Positions 28,378 through 39,857 of a stretch of 64,000 nt of DNA are shown here, in pieces. The notes under the pieces are model-generated. The model was not told where the DNA came from and did no database searches. It saw nothing but the letters and a program-made list of their open reading frames with translations. Source of the DNA: Paracoccaceae bacterium (GTDB lineage: Bacteria > Pseudomonadota > Alphaproteobacteria > Rhodobacterales > Rhodobacteraceae). The DNA lies in the NCBI GenBank assembly GCA_018222585.1, contig JAAFAB010000003.1:249781-313780 (forward strand). The letters are read 5' to 3'. A program made the translations under genes and the position numbers. Position 1 is the first letter of the stretch; every line of letters starts with the position of its first letter.

Positions 28378-28618
28378 TTCTTGTCAAGATGTCAGGCGGT
28401 AGTCCGAAAAATGCCGCGCAAGTATATCTCCGATCAAAGAACATAGCGGCCAGGTACGGAAGTTTTTTGATTATATTTCAAAGGCTTACCACATTTCGAC
28501 CAAAGTCGCTCCGATCATGGCGGTCTCTGGTGGCGGGTCGACCGCCATCAAGTCCGCGCTCTCGGCCACCACCACCCAGTGACCGATGGCCCCAATCATC
28601 CGAGGAAAGGAAAAGACC

Positions 28619-29350
28619 ATGAGCATCCAGGACAAGACCATCCTCATTACCGGCGCCAGCAGCGGTATCGGCGCCTGCCTGGCCCGGCATCTTTCCGGCG
28701 CCGGGGCCAGGGTAATGCTGGGGGCCCGCCGCACGGACAGGCTGGAATCGCTCGTCGGCGAGATCCGCAGCGCGGGCGGAACCGCGGAATACACCGCGCT
28801 TGATGTCACCGACCGCGAGGCAGTCGCGCAGTTCGTCAAGGCTGCCACCGACCTCTGGGGAGGTGTCGATGTCCTCATCAACAATGCAGGGGTCATGCCG
28901 CTTTCTCCACTCGCCTCGCTCAAGCTGGACGAGTGGGAGCGGATGATCGACGTCAACATCAAGGGTGTCCTCTGGGGGATCGGCGCGGTGCTGCCCGTGA
29001 TGACGGCGCAGGGGTCGGGCCAGATCATCAATGTCGGATCCATCGGCGCCCTGGCCGTTTCGCCGACCGCGTCTGTCTATTGCGCGACCAAGTTCGCGGT
29101 GCGCGCCATTTCGGATGGCCTGCGGCAGGAAACGGACCGGATCCGTGTCACCTGCGTCAATCCCGGCGTCGTGGAGTCCGAACTGGCCTCGACGATCACG
29201 GACGAGACGGCCGCCGACGCGATGAAGGAGTGGCGGCGGATTGCCCTGCAACCCGAAGCAATCGCCGAGGCCATCCTGCATGTCATCGACGCCCCGGAGG
29301 GCGTCGACACGAATGAAATTACCATTCGCCCCACCCGGGCGGCCCATTGA
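28619..29350 (+). CDS. Short-chain dehydrogenase/reductase (YdfG-like)
   Basis: TGASSGIG, NNAG, YCATK; AGGAAAGG upstream of ATG 28619. Confidence 0.95.
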   Translation: MSIQDKTILITGASSGIGACLARHLSGAGARVMLGARRTDRLESLVGEIRSAGGTAEYTALDVTDREAVAQFVKAATDLWGGVDVLINNAGVMPLSPLASLKLDEWERMIDVNIKGVLWGIGAVLPVMTAQGSGQIINVGSIGALAVSPTASVYCATKFAVRAISDGLRQETDRIRVTCVNPGVVESELASTITDETAADAMKEWRRIALQPEAIAEAILHVIDAPEGVDTNEITIRPTRAAH

Positions 29351-29496
29351 ACGAAGCGCGAATGCCGCTCGTCCTGCTCACCGCGATCGCTTGTGCGGTC
29401 TCGCTCCAGGCGCCGCCTGCGGTATGCGGGACCAGTCTCGAAAAACCTGCTCCTGCAACCTTCAAGGGCGCACGGGAGACAATTGGAGAAGAACCG

Positions 29497-29739
29497 ATGC
29501 CAGACCATGAGTTTGCTGGAATGTGGATGACCGAAGATGGCCGGATCAGGCATGAATTGCTGCCGACCGGCCGCTATGTCGAAGCCCGTGGCACCCGGGA
29601 ACGTGCCTATGAGGGCCGATACGAGATCACGGGCACCCATATCGAGTACTGGGACGATACGGGCTTTACGGCCGATGGCGATTTCATCGATGGCGTCCTG
29701 TACCATGGTGGAATGATACTGTTCCGAAAGCCTGACTGA
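29497..29739 (+). CDS. Atu4866-domain protein
   Basis: GMWMTEDGRIRHELLPTGRYVEARG...YEGRYEITGTHIEYWDDTGFTADG is recognisable as Atu4866 family; may start earlier (29347 or 29362) with a signal-like leader. Confidence 0.85.
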   Translation: MPDHEFAGMWMTEDGRIRHELLPTGRYVEARGTRERAYEGRYEITGTHIEYWDDTGFTADGDFIDGVLYHGGMILFRKPD

Positions 29740-29763
29740 CAGGCATTGCGCCTCGGGCACATA

Positions 29764-29793
29764 CAGCTTCCGCAATCCATATTGCGGAGGCTG
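29764..29793 (+). terminator. Stem-loop after the Atu4866 gene
   Basis: CAGCTTCCGCAAT / ATTGCGGAGGCTG 13-bp stem with one G-U pair; no U tract. Confidence 0.45.
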
Positions 29794-30025
29794 ACCGGCG
29801 TGCGCGTCGCGGACAGGGTCCTGTTCGTGGCAACCGGGGACTGCGTGGCGGGCGTTGTTCAGCGCCCGCCCGTCCCACTCGGGTCAGGCTGTAGCCTGGA
29901 CAGGCAGAGCGCAAGCCGCCTCGGCATCGGCGCCCCCCTTCCCGGACATCCGCAACAGACGCACAGCCGGGACAGCCCGAAGGCTTTGATATCTATCTGG
30001 AATGTTCGGCCTGGGAGAGGAAGCG

Positions 30026-30101
30026 TGGTGCCGGTGAAGGGACTCGAACCCCCGACCCCATCATTACGAATGACGTGCTCTACCAGCTGAGCTACACCGG
30101 C
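30026..30101 (-). tRNA. tRNA-Thr(CGT)
   Basis: GCCGGTG acceptor stem, D-arm AGCTCAGCTGGTAGAGC, anticodon loop TT-CGT-AA, GGTTCGAGTCC T-arm, encoded CCA; 76 nt. Confidence 0.97.
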
Positions 30102-30324
30102 ACGCTTCCATGTCAGGGCCCTGTTGCGGCCCCTGCGCGTTCCAGGTTGCCGCTTGCAGGCGGCCGGGTCCGAACGTCGATCACGGGCATGGCCGCGACT
30201 TTCAAATGACGTTCCTGACCAGCTGGTCCCGATGGCATCCTTTGCGCGCGGGGTCCTTGCGGACCCCTCGTGGGCCGGGGCTATAGCACCCCGGCGCCAC
30301 TTGGAAAAGCGCTAAATCGACGCC

Positions 30325-31860
30325 TCAGCGGTCGCGGCCCCGACCGTCCTCCAGGCTTTCCTCGGGGGGCAGCACCTCGGCCTCGGCGATCTCGACCGAC
30401 GGGTCTTGCTGCGGGTCGGGCGCGGCGGGCGGCGTGGTCGTCGCCGGCAGGTCCGGGCCCCCCTCATCCACCCGGCCTTCATCCACCCGGCCGACGATCA
30501 GCGGCAGCATGTGCCGGGACATCGGCGTCTGGTAATCCCCTGCCGGCGCATCGCGCCAGGCCAGGGTGTCGAATGCCTGGCAGTGTTCGCAGACCGGCAC
30601 CCATTCGGCATGGATGTGATGGCAGTTCTCGCAGGTCCACTGCGGCCCGCGCGGCGCCGAAAGGGCGCGGGTCAGCCAGCCCTTCACCACCGCGTCCGAA
30701 GCCCCTTCGCCACGCTCGATGGCGGCCATGATGGTCAGCACGCGGGCATCGGGCTTTTCGGTCGCCAGATCCCCGAGGGCACGGCGGGCGGCGGGGAAGT
30801 CCTCGGCGGCGATGTTCAGCTCGGCCAGCAGCAGGCGGGTCTCGCGGTTCTCGGGGTGGATGCGGGTCAGCACCTTGAACCGCTTCAGGCGCTCGTCGGC
30901 GCTTTCCTCCGGTTCCAGCGCGGCGAAGGTGGCGGCCAGGTCGGGATGCGGAGAGGCTTCCCATGCCTTCTTCAGCACCCGGGTCGCATACTTCGGCTTG
31001 CCCTGTTCGGCATAGGCGCGGGCGGCGAAACAGGCGGCGGGGATCAGGTCGGGCGACAGGCGGTTGGCCTCGATCGCGGCCTCGCGCATCTCGATCGAGC
31101 TGTCCTCGGCGATCACCGTCTTCGCCTCGCTCAGCGCCAGCACCGCATCGCGGCGCTTGTGCACGTCGCGCGGCAGGGCGCCATGGCGCAGCTTGGCCTT
31201 CAGGGTGCCCCGGGCGCCCTTCCAGTCGGCACTGGCAGCCTGCAGCTTCAGCAGGGTGTCCTGCACCTCGACATGCTGCGGCTTCAGCGCAAAAGCCTTC
31301 TCGGCCAGCTTCATCGCCTTGTCGGTATCGCCATCGGCCAGCTTCTGCTTCATCAGACCGCGCACGCCGACAAAGCGGGTGCGCTCATCGGTGACCAGCT
31401 TCTTGTAGGCCTCCTCGGCGCGGCGCCGGTCGCCCGCCACCTCGGCGGCCTGGGCAATGACCAGCGTCGTCAGGTCGGCACGGTCCAGGTACTTCTCGGC
31501 CCGCTGTGCCTTGGACATCGCCAGCCGCCCCTCGCCCGAGGCCAGGGCCATCAGGCTGTCGGACAGCGCGTTGAAGCCCTTGCGTTCGCGGTTGCGGTCG
31601 AAATAGCGGCTCAGCGCGGTTTCGTCGCCGTTGATGAAGCGCAGCAGCGCGATCAGCAGCCCGGCCAGCTTCATCAGCAGCCAGATCGCCAGCACCAGCA
31701 GCAGCAGGCCGATGACGGCGCGGATCGGGGTCAGGTTGAATTCGGTCGCGCCGAGGGCGATGCGCACGCCGCCGTCCAGTTCCAGCAGGTAGGAGGCGCC
31801 GAAGGTGGCAGCCCCCACGAGGGCGACGAAGACGAGGATCTTTACCAGTGACCAGAGCAT
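30325..31860 (-). CDS. hemY: HemY-domain TPR membrane protein
   Basis: N-terminal TM segments, HemY_N region (LSDSLMALASGEGRLA), TPR repeats, C-terminal CENC...CEHC. Confidence 0.9.
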   Translation of the reverse strand: MLWSLVKILVFVALVGAATFGASYLLELDGGVRIALGATEFNLTPIRAVIGLLLLVLAIWLLMKLAGLLIALLRFINGDETALSRYFDRNRERKGFNALSDSLMALASGEGRLAMSKAQRAEKYLDRADLTTLVIAQAAEVAGDRRRAEEAYKKLVTDERTRFVGVRGLMKQKLADGDTDKAMKLAEKAFALKPQHVEVQDTLLKLQAASADWKGARGTLKAKLRHGALPRDVHKRRDAVLALSEAKTVIAEDSSIEMREAAIEANRLSPDLIPAACFAARAYAEQGKPKYATRVLKKAWEASPHPDLAATFAALEPEESADERLKRFKVLTRIHPENRETRLLLAELNIAAEDFPAARRALGDLATEKPDARVLTIMAAIERGEGASDAVVKGWLTRALSAPRGPQWTCENCHHIHAEWVPVCEHCQAFDTLAWRDAPAGDYQTPMSRHMLPLIVGRVDEGRVDEGGPDLPATTTPPAAPDPQQDPSVEIAEAEVLPPEESLEDGRGRDR

Positions 31861-31869
31861 GTCGGTTCC

Positions 31870-33144
31870 TTACTTCGTCTGCGCCGAGAGCGCCTCGGCG
31901 GCGTCCAGCGTTTCGGCACGGGTCCGGGCGAGGGCCAGCCAGTCGTCCATCGCGGCCAGCGCGGGTTCCGGCAGGCCATCCAGTTCGACCAGCACCTGCG
32001 CCAGGTCGCCATCGTTCAGGCCGGCCTCGGCGCGCGACAGGATCGCATCCGGGTCGTCGCCCTCTTTCGGGGTCAGCGAGCGGGCGCCCAGCTGGTTCTT
32101 GAGGAAGTCCCCGAAAGAGCCGCCAAGGCTGCCGTCGCGGGTCGCGGCCAGGGCGTCACGGGCGGCATCGGGGAAATCATCGCGCAGACGGGCCAGGGTC
32201 GGGATACCGGCGGCGGCGCGGTCCTCCAGCGTCGCGGGGATGTCCAGACCCAGTTCCGACAGGGTCTTCAGCGGCGCCTCGAAGGGGGACCCATCCGACA
32301 GCGACCCGTTCAGCCGCACCAGCGCGGCGCGCACCTGGGTGTCGCGGGCGGTGGCGGCGGCATCGGCGCGCAGCGACTGGCTGTCGGCCACCATCTGCTC
32401 GATCTCGGCGCGCTGGTCCTGCATCGCCTGCTGCAAGCCGGCGAGTTCCTGTTCATAGGCGGCAATCGCCTCCTCCGAGACGCTTTCGGCCAGCGGCTGC
32501 TTCTCAAGCTCATCAACGCGCGCGGTCAGCGCAGAGAGGGTTTCAGACGTATCGGAGAGGCGCCCGTCCAGCGCCTCGACCGTGCCCTGAAGCGTCGAGA
32601 GGTTCCCGCCCAGATCGTCAAGCGCAGAGAGATCGGGACCGGCCTCAAGCTGTGCCGCAAGATCGTCGAGCCGCGCGGCCTGCTCGGCTTGGGCCTGTTC
32701 CAGCGCGGTGCCGTCGACGGGCGGGAAGGCGATCATCGCGGCGCCGAAGCCAAGCGCGGCAGCGACAACGCCACCCAGAAGTGCGGGCAGGAAGGTGTTG
32801 CGGCGCGGGGCCTCGGGCTGCGGCGCAGGCTCTTGCGGCGGCAGCGCGTCGTCCCCGGCGGCCATCGGGCTTTCCTCGTCCGGGTCGGCCAGCTCCTCTT
32901 CGATCAGCGCCTCGGTCGGGGCTTCCCCGGCCGGATCATGCAGCGGTGCGACCAGCTCGGGGGCCTCGTCGCGGGGGTCATGCTCGGGGGCCACCAAAGC
33001 GGGCGCTTCCAGGGTCACCGCGTCGCGCGGATCATGCTCGGGCAGCTGCCCCGCACCCTTCTCCGCTGCCTCGCTCGGGGTCGCCCCGGTGGCGGCCTCT
33101 GGCTGGATGGGCTTTGCGGTCTCGTCGTCCCTGGTCTCTGCCAA
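31870..33144 (-). CDS. COG4223 / mitofilin-domain protein (alphaproteobacterial Mic60 homologue)
   Basis: Acidic disordered N-term, single TM (LLGGVVAAALGFGAAMIAF), coiled coil, C-term GARSLTPKEGDDPDAILSRAE mitofilin-type signature; lies between hemD and hemY. Confidence 0.85.
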   Translation of the reverse strand: MAETRDDETAKPIQPEAATGATPSEAAEKGAGQLPEHDPRDAVTLEAPALVAPEHDPRDEAPELVAPLHDPAGEAPTEALIEEELADPDEESPMAAGDDALPPQEPAPQPEAPRRNTFLPALLGGVVAAALGFGAAMIAFPPVDGTALEQAQAEQAARLDDLAAQLEAGPDLSALDDLGGNLSTLQGTVEALDGRLSDTSETLSALTARVDELEKQPLAESVSEEAIAAYEQELAGLQQAMQDQRAEIEQMVADSQSLRADAAATARDTQVRAALVRLNGSLSDGSPFEAPLKTLSELGLDIPATLEDRAAAGIPTLARLRDDFPDAARDALAATRDGSLGGSFGDFLKNQLGARSLTPKEGDDPDAILSRAEAGLNDGDLAQVLVELDGLPEPALAAMDDWLALARTRAETLDAAEALSAQTK

Positions 33145-33193
33145 TGATCAAACCCTTCGATTCTTGCCAAATAGCGCGGCTGTCATCTTCAAC

Positions 33194-33907
33194 TTAGTCC
33201 TCGCCCCCCTCTGCCTCAAGCTGATGCGCCGCGGCGATAAGTCCAGCGATCAGCTTCAGCATGGATTCGCCTTCGGGCTGGGCGGCATGGGAGCGGTGGA
33301 AAGTTTCCAAATTCTTGACGGGGGCCAGGGCAGCGGCGCTGATCGCACCGATCAGCAGCGGCGCGGCGCCCCGGTGTGACTCGGCAAGGCGCCGCGCCGC
33401 CCCTGGTGAATAAAGCGGCACGATGACCGGCGCAGGGCCCCGCAGGGCGGCGCGCGCCTCGTCGGACAGCGGCAGCGCCTGCTGCGCATAGCCCTCGACA
33501 GCCTCGATCCGCAGGCCCCCGGCGGCCAGTCGCGCCACGAGGTCGCCGCTGTGCTGCGCGCCCCGGACATGCACCAGCGGCCCCTCGGGACGCCGTTGCA
33601 GCAGAAGGGAGATCAGCGCCTCGGCATCGCCCCCGGCCGAGATCGCGTGCATCCCGGCAGCCTCGGCCAGCGCGGCAGTGGCATCGCCGACGCACCAGGC
33701 CTGCGGCGCCTGCCCGCCGGCGCGCAGGTAGGCCCGCACCCCGTTGCGCGAGGTGAAGACGGGCACGCCCTCGGGGGGGTCGAAATCGTGGAAACGGATG
33801 CCCTGCAGCGGCGACACGACCATCCGCACCCCCGGATGCAGCGCCGCCAGCTGCGCCGCAAGGGCGCTGGCCTCGGGCTCGGGGCGGGTGATCAGGATCT
33901 GGGGCAT
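33194..33907 (-). CDS. hemD: Uroporphyrinogen-III synthase
   Basis: [27 protein letters not shown]; ATG at 33907. Confidence 0.9.
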   Translation of the reverse strand: MPQILITRPEPEASALAAQLAALHPGVRMVVSPLQGIRFHDFDPPEGVPVFTSRNGVRAYLRAGGQAPQAWCVGDATAALAEAAGMHAISAGGDAEALISLLLQRRPEGPLVHVRGAQHSGDLVARLAAGGLRIEAVEGYAQQALPLSDEARAALRGPAPVIVPLYSPGAARRLAESHRGAAPLLIGAISAAALAPVKNLETFHRSHAAQPEGESMLKLIAGLIAAAHQLEAEGGED

Positions 33908-33989
33908 GGGACGCTCCGGCCGGCCGTGCCATTGTTTGCGCGGCCTCCCGGTGTTACCTGCGGCCAGAGCACAATTCAATGAGGCCGCC

Positions 33990-35081
33990 ATGGGCGCACC
34001 CCTCACCCTACTGGGTATCGAGAGCAGCTGCGACGACACCGGCGCCGCCGTGGTCCGCGGCCTGCCCGGCGCGGCAGAGGTGCTGTCCTCGCAGGTCGAA
34101 GGCCAGGCCGAGCTGCACGCCGCCTTCGGGGGCGTCGTCCCCGAAATCGCCGCCCGCGCCCATGCCGAGCGCCTCGACCAGGTGGTCGCCCGGGCGCTGG
34201 ACAGCGCCGGGGTCACGCTGGCGCAGATCGACGCCATCGCCGTCACCGCCGGGCCGGGGCTGATCGGCGGAGTGCTGTCGGGCGTGATGTGCGCCAAGGG
34301 GCTGGCGGCAGCCACCGGCAAGCCGCTGATCGGGGTCAATCACCTTGCGGGCCATGCGCTGACCCCCCGGCTGACCGATGGCGTGGCCTTCCCCTACCTG
34401 ATGCTGCTGGTCTCTGGCGGGCACTGCCAGTTCCTGCTGGTGCATGGGCCTGAACAGTTCACCCGCCTCGGCGGCACCATCGACGACGCCCCGGGCGAGG
34501 CCTTCGACAAGACCGCCCGCCTGCTGGCCCTGCCCCAGCCCGGCGGTCCGGCGGTGGAAACCTGCGCCCGCGACGGCGATGCGAAACGCTTCCGCTTTCC
34601 GCGCCCGCTGCTGGACCGGCCCGGTTGCGACATGTCCTTCTCGGGCCTCAAGACCGCCCTGCTGCGCGAACGCGACGCCCTGATGCAGGACAACAGCCTG
34701 CGCGCCACCGACCGCGCCGACCTCTGCGCCGGGTTCCAGCAGGCGGTGGTCGATGTGCTGCGCGAAAAGACCGCCCGCGCCCTGCAGCTCTACCTGGCCG
34801 AGGCCCCTGCCCGCCCGGTGCTGGCCGTCGCCGGCGGTGTCGCCGCCAATACGCCGATCCGCAGCGCCCTGACCGCCCTCTGCGCCGAGCATGGCGTGAC
34901 CTTCACCGCGCCACCGCTGGCGCTCTGCACCGACAACGGCGCGATGATCGCCTATGCGGGGCTGGAACGCTTCGCCGCCGGACAGCGGGACGACATGACC
35001 CTGGCCGCCCGCCCGCGCTGGCCGCTGGACAAACGCGCGCCCGCCCTGCTGGGCAGCGGCAAGAAGGGGGCCAAGGCATGA
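33990..35081 (+). CDS. tsaD: t6A tRNA modification protein TsaD
   Basis: [46 protein letters not shown]. Confidence 0.97.
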   Translation: MGAPLTLLGIESSCDDTGAAVVRGLPGAAEVLSSQVEGQAELHAAFGGVVPEIAARAHAERLDQVVARALDSAGVTLAQIDAIAVTAGPGLIGGVLSGVMCAKGLAAATGKPLIGVNHLAGHALTPRLTDGVAFPYLMLLVSGGHCQFLLVHGPEQFTRLGGTIDDAPGEAFDKTARLLALPQPGGPAVETCARDGDAKRFRFPRPLLDRPGCDMSFSGLKTALLRERDALMQDNSLRATDRADLCAGFQQAVVDVLREKTARALQLYLAEAPARPVLAVAGGVAANTPIRSALTALCAEHGVTFTAPPLALCTDNGAMIAYAGLERFAAGQRDDMTLAARPRWPLDKRAPALLGSGKKGAKA

Positions 35082-36040
35082 TCTCGGTGATCGGAGCGGG
35101 CGCCTTCGGCACCGCGCTGGCCAATTCCTTCGCCGCCACCAGCCCGGTCTGGCTCTGGGGGCGCGACGCGCAGACCATGGCGCGGATGCAGGCCGACCGC
35201 CTCTGCCCGCGCCTGCCCGGCGTGACGCTCGACCCCGGGCTGACCTGTTCGGGCGACATCACCGCCCTGCCCGCCGAGGGGCCCGTGCTGCTGGCCGTGC
35301 CCATGCAGACCCTGCGCGAGGTGACGACCCGTTTCGCCGGGGCCCTCGCCAACCGCACCCTCGTGCTCTGCTGCAAGGGGATCGAGCTGTCGACCGGCCT
35401 GCGCCCTTCCGAGGTGCTGGCCCAGACCCTGCCCGGGGCCACCGCCGCCCTGCTGACCGGCCCCAGCTTCGCCGCCGATATCGCCCGTGGGCTGCCGACG
35501 GCGCTGACCCTGGCCTGCGCCGACCGAGCCGAGGCCGAGGCGCTGCAGGCGCAGCTGATCGCGCCGCACCTGCGGCTTTACCGGACGTCGGATGTCACCG
35601 GGGCGGAACTGGGCGGCGCGCTGAAGAACGTCATGGCCATCGCCTGTGGCGCCGCCATCGGCGCCGGCCTTGGCGACAGCGCCCGCGCCGCGCTGATGAC
35701 CCGGGGTTATGCCGAGATGTCGCGCATGGCCGCCGCCCTCGGTGCCCGCCCGGAAACGCTCGCCGGCCTGTCGGGCTTCGGCGATCTGGCGCTGACCTGC
35801 ACCTCGGAGGGCTCGCGCAACTACCGCCTGGGCCTTGCCATCGGGCGCGGAGAGGTCTTCGACCCCGCCGTCACCGTCGAAGGCGCCGCCACTGCACGGG
35901 CCACCGATGCGCTGGCCCGGTCGCGCGGCTGGGACCTGCCCATCACCGCCGTCGTGACAGGGCTTGTGGATGCCCGCCTGGATGTGAAAACTGCCATGGC
36001 GCAACTTCTTGCGCGCCCCCTGAAGGAGGAAACCCCGTGA
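35078..36040 (+). CDS. gpsA: NAD(P)H-dependent glycerol-3-phosphate dehydrogenase
   Basis: [43 protein letters not shown]. Confidence 0.96.
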   Translation: MISVIGAGAFGTALANSFAATSPVWLWGRDAQTMARMQADRLCPRLPGVTLDPGLTCSGDITALPAEGPVLLAVPMQTLREVTTRFAGALANRTLVLCCKGIELSTGLRPSEVLAQTLPGATAALLTGPSFAADIARGLPTALTLACADRAEAEALQAQLIAPHLRLYRTSDVTGAELGGALKNVMAIACGAAIGAGLGDSARAALMTRGYAEMSRMAAALGARPETLAGLSGFGDLALTCTSEGSRNYRLGLAIGRGEVFDPAVTVEGAATARATDALARSRGWDLPITAVVTGLVDARLDVKTAMAQLLARPLKEETP

Positions 36041-36311
36041 CATTCATCCTGATCGCCCATGACAAGCCCGGCGCTCTCGAGATCCGCAAGGCCAACCGCG
36101 ATGCCCACCTGGCCTACCTGAAGGAGACCAACGCCGGCACCTTCGGCGGCCCGATGCTGGACGGCGAAGGCAACATGTGCGGCTCGATGCTGATCCTCGA
36201 CCTGCCCGACATGGCCGCCGCCGAGGCCTGGGCCGCAGGCGACCCCTATGCAAAGGCCGGCCTCTTCGAAAGCGTCCAGATCAAGGGCTTCAAGCAGGTG
36301 GTGGGGCTCTG

Positions 36312-36312
<1 letters not shown>
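36037..36312 (+). CDS. YciI family protein
   Basis: [35 protein letters not shown]. Confidence 0.92.
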
Positions 36313-36734
<422 letters not shown>

Positions 36735-36740
36735 CCCTCT

Positions 36741-36786
36741 CATCACTTGGCTGAAAATACTTCGGGGGTCCGGGGGCTGGCGCCCG
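36741..36786 (+). repeat. Single half-unit of the CTGAAAATAC palindromic repeat family
   Basis: CATCACTTGGCTGAAAATACTTCGGGGGTCCGGGGGCTGGCGCCC resembles the right arm of the elements at 49176 and 53122. Confidence 0.7.
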
Positions 36787-36872
36787 GCCCTCTCCGCCGG
36801 GCGGCATCCGCAGGACACGGCGCCACAAACGGCAGCCCGCCCAGGGGCCGCAGATCGCGCGGAGATGAACAT

Positions 36873-36972
36873 AAAAACGGAGGGCAGGCACAGGCCGAAC
36901 CCTCCGTTACCCCACGTGCTCCCTAAGCACCACACGTGATCTCTGAGAAAGGTCCGGGCCATCCTGGCCGTG
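36873..36972 (-). ncRNA. Candidate ~100-nt small RNA
   Basis: Minus-strand TTGGCG-N16-(TG)CTATCC promoter-like motif (37006-36979), two hairpins, and an intrinsic terminator AACGGAGGG...CCCTCCGTTTTT with no minus-strand CDS upstream. Confidence 0.45.
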
Positions 36973-37252
36973 CCCCGGGGATAGCAGATCCGCCGCGCCG
37001 CGCCAAATCCCGAATAGCTCAAATGCCACCTACACCGGGGTCTCCCCCGTGCGAAGACGCGGCAAACGGGGGAAAGAAAGCGGAATGACCTGCATTTTCG
37101 GCCAAATTTGCCCGTTTTGGTAAAAATGTCATGACAACCCGCCCCTGCCCCCGCAGGCTGACGCTTAGCGGCATCAGACCGCAGCAACAGGCCCTGCAGC
37201 TTTCGCCAACCGCGGCTTTTGCCAACGAAGGGCCGGAACAGGGAGATGAAGA

Positions 37253-37690
37253 ATGTCACAGGAACTCTTCGTCGTGGCCTACGAGGGCGATGACGACTCC
37301 GGAAGCCTGCTCGACTACGCGATCGCGCGGGCGGTGAAGGAAGGGGCGGCGCTGCACATCGTGCATGTGCTGGAATGGTCGCCCTACTCCTTCCTCACCC
37401 CCCAGGAAGTCGAGGAACGCCACGCCCGCCGCAAGGAGGAACTGGCCCGCGCCAAGAGCGCCATCATCGACCCGGCGGTCGAGAAGGTCGCGGCCGCGGG
37501 CGCCACCGCCACCGGGGAAATCCGCTATGGCCAGGTGGTCGAGCTGATCGTCGAGATCGCCACGACCCGGGCCGCCGCGATGATCTTCGTCGGCCGCTCG
37601 GGCAGCAATTCCGTCGCCGCACGGGTCTTCGGCTCTGTCCCGCTGGGGCTGGCGCAGCTCGCCCCGGTCCCCACCGTCATCGTCCCCTGA
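37253..37690 (+). CDS. Universal stress protein (Usp)
   Basis: VVAYEG, LHIVHVL, IFVGRSG...[13 protein letters not shown]. Confidence 0.92.
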   Translation: MSQELFVVAYEGDDDSGSLLDYAIARAVKEGAALHIVHVLEWSPYSFLTPQEVEERHARRKEELARAKSAIIDPAVEKVAAAGATATGEIRYGQVVELIVEIATTRAAAMIFVGRSGSNSVAARVFGSVPLGLAQLAPVPTVIVP

Positions 37691-37701
37691 GGAGCAGCGA
37701 C

Positions 37702-39243
<1,542 letters not shown>

Positions 39244-39266
39244 GCAGCAACCGCCACGACATCCTG

Positions 39267-39296
39267 CAGGGGGCCCCGGTATCGCCGGGGCCCCTG
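39267..39296. terminator. GC-rich hairpin between convergent genes
   Basis: CAGGGGGCCCCGG-TATCG-CCGGGGCCCCTG. Confidence 0.55.
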
Positions 39297-39300
39297 TCCG

Positions 39301-39621
39301 TCAGGGAGAGGTGATGCCCGGGATCTTCAGCCCCGAGGTGCTGCCGGTCGGCGGCATCTGCCCCGGGGTGATCCGGGGCCGCAGCCCGTCCTGGGCGCGC
39401 AGCAGAAGCAACCGCCGCTGCCGGTCCAGCTTCGCCAGCTCGGCCAGGTCGCCGTCGCGCAGGGCCTCGGTCCGCTCCTGCTCAAGGCGTAGCCGTTCCT
39501 GCTGGTAGGCGCTGCCATAGGCCGGTGCCCGGGCCGGGGGGTCGCCCGCAGCTTCCGCCCCGGCGGCGACCGGGGCCAGCAGCAGAAGGCAGAAGAGGGC
39601 AGGGCGCAAGGCGTATCTCAT
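39301..39621 (-). CDS. Small hypothetical exported protein
   Basis: Signal peptide MRYALRPALFCLLLLAPVAAGA then a charged helix; fills the gap between agcS and ahcY. Confidence 0.55.
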   Translation of the reverse strand: MRYALRPALFCLLLLAPVAAGAEAAGDPPARAPAYGSAYQQERLRLEQERTEALRDGDLAELAKLDRQRRLLLLRAQDGLRPRITPGQMPPTGSTSGLKIPGITSP

Positions 39622-39686
39622 CCCCCTGAAGTGGTGCACGAGAGTGCCCGTTCAAGCGCCCCCCCGCCGCCGGGCGGTGTCATGCC

Positions 39687-39733
39687 CATCACCAGGCTGA
39701 AAATACTCCCGGGGGTGCGGGGGCTGGCCCCCG
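39687..39733 (+). repeat. Single half-unit of the CTGAAAATAC palindromic repeat family
   Basis: CATCACCAGGCTGAAAATACTCCCGGGGGTGCGGGGGCTGGCCCCCG; the first 20 nt are identical to the arms at 49337 and 53285. Confidence 0.8.
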
Positions 39734-39857
39734 CCGCACCACGGCCCCGAAAGGCACCCCGGGGCCATCCCGGGCGCCACCCCGCTTCGCCCGGCCAAAG
39801 AAGAAGGCGCGGGGAAGATCCCCGCGCCTGCAGACGTCGCGCTGACGGATCCGAAGA

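Noticed and set aside
27830-30025. att-type direct repeat of the tRNA-Thr 3' end
   Set aside because: Only a weak partial match (TGCCGGCAAGG near 27978) was seen, too short to support.
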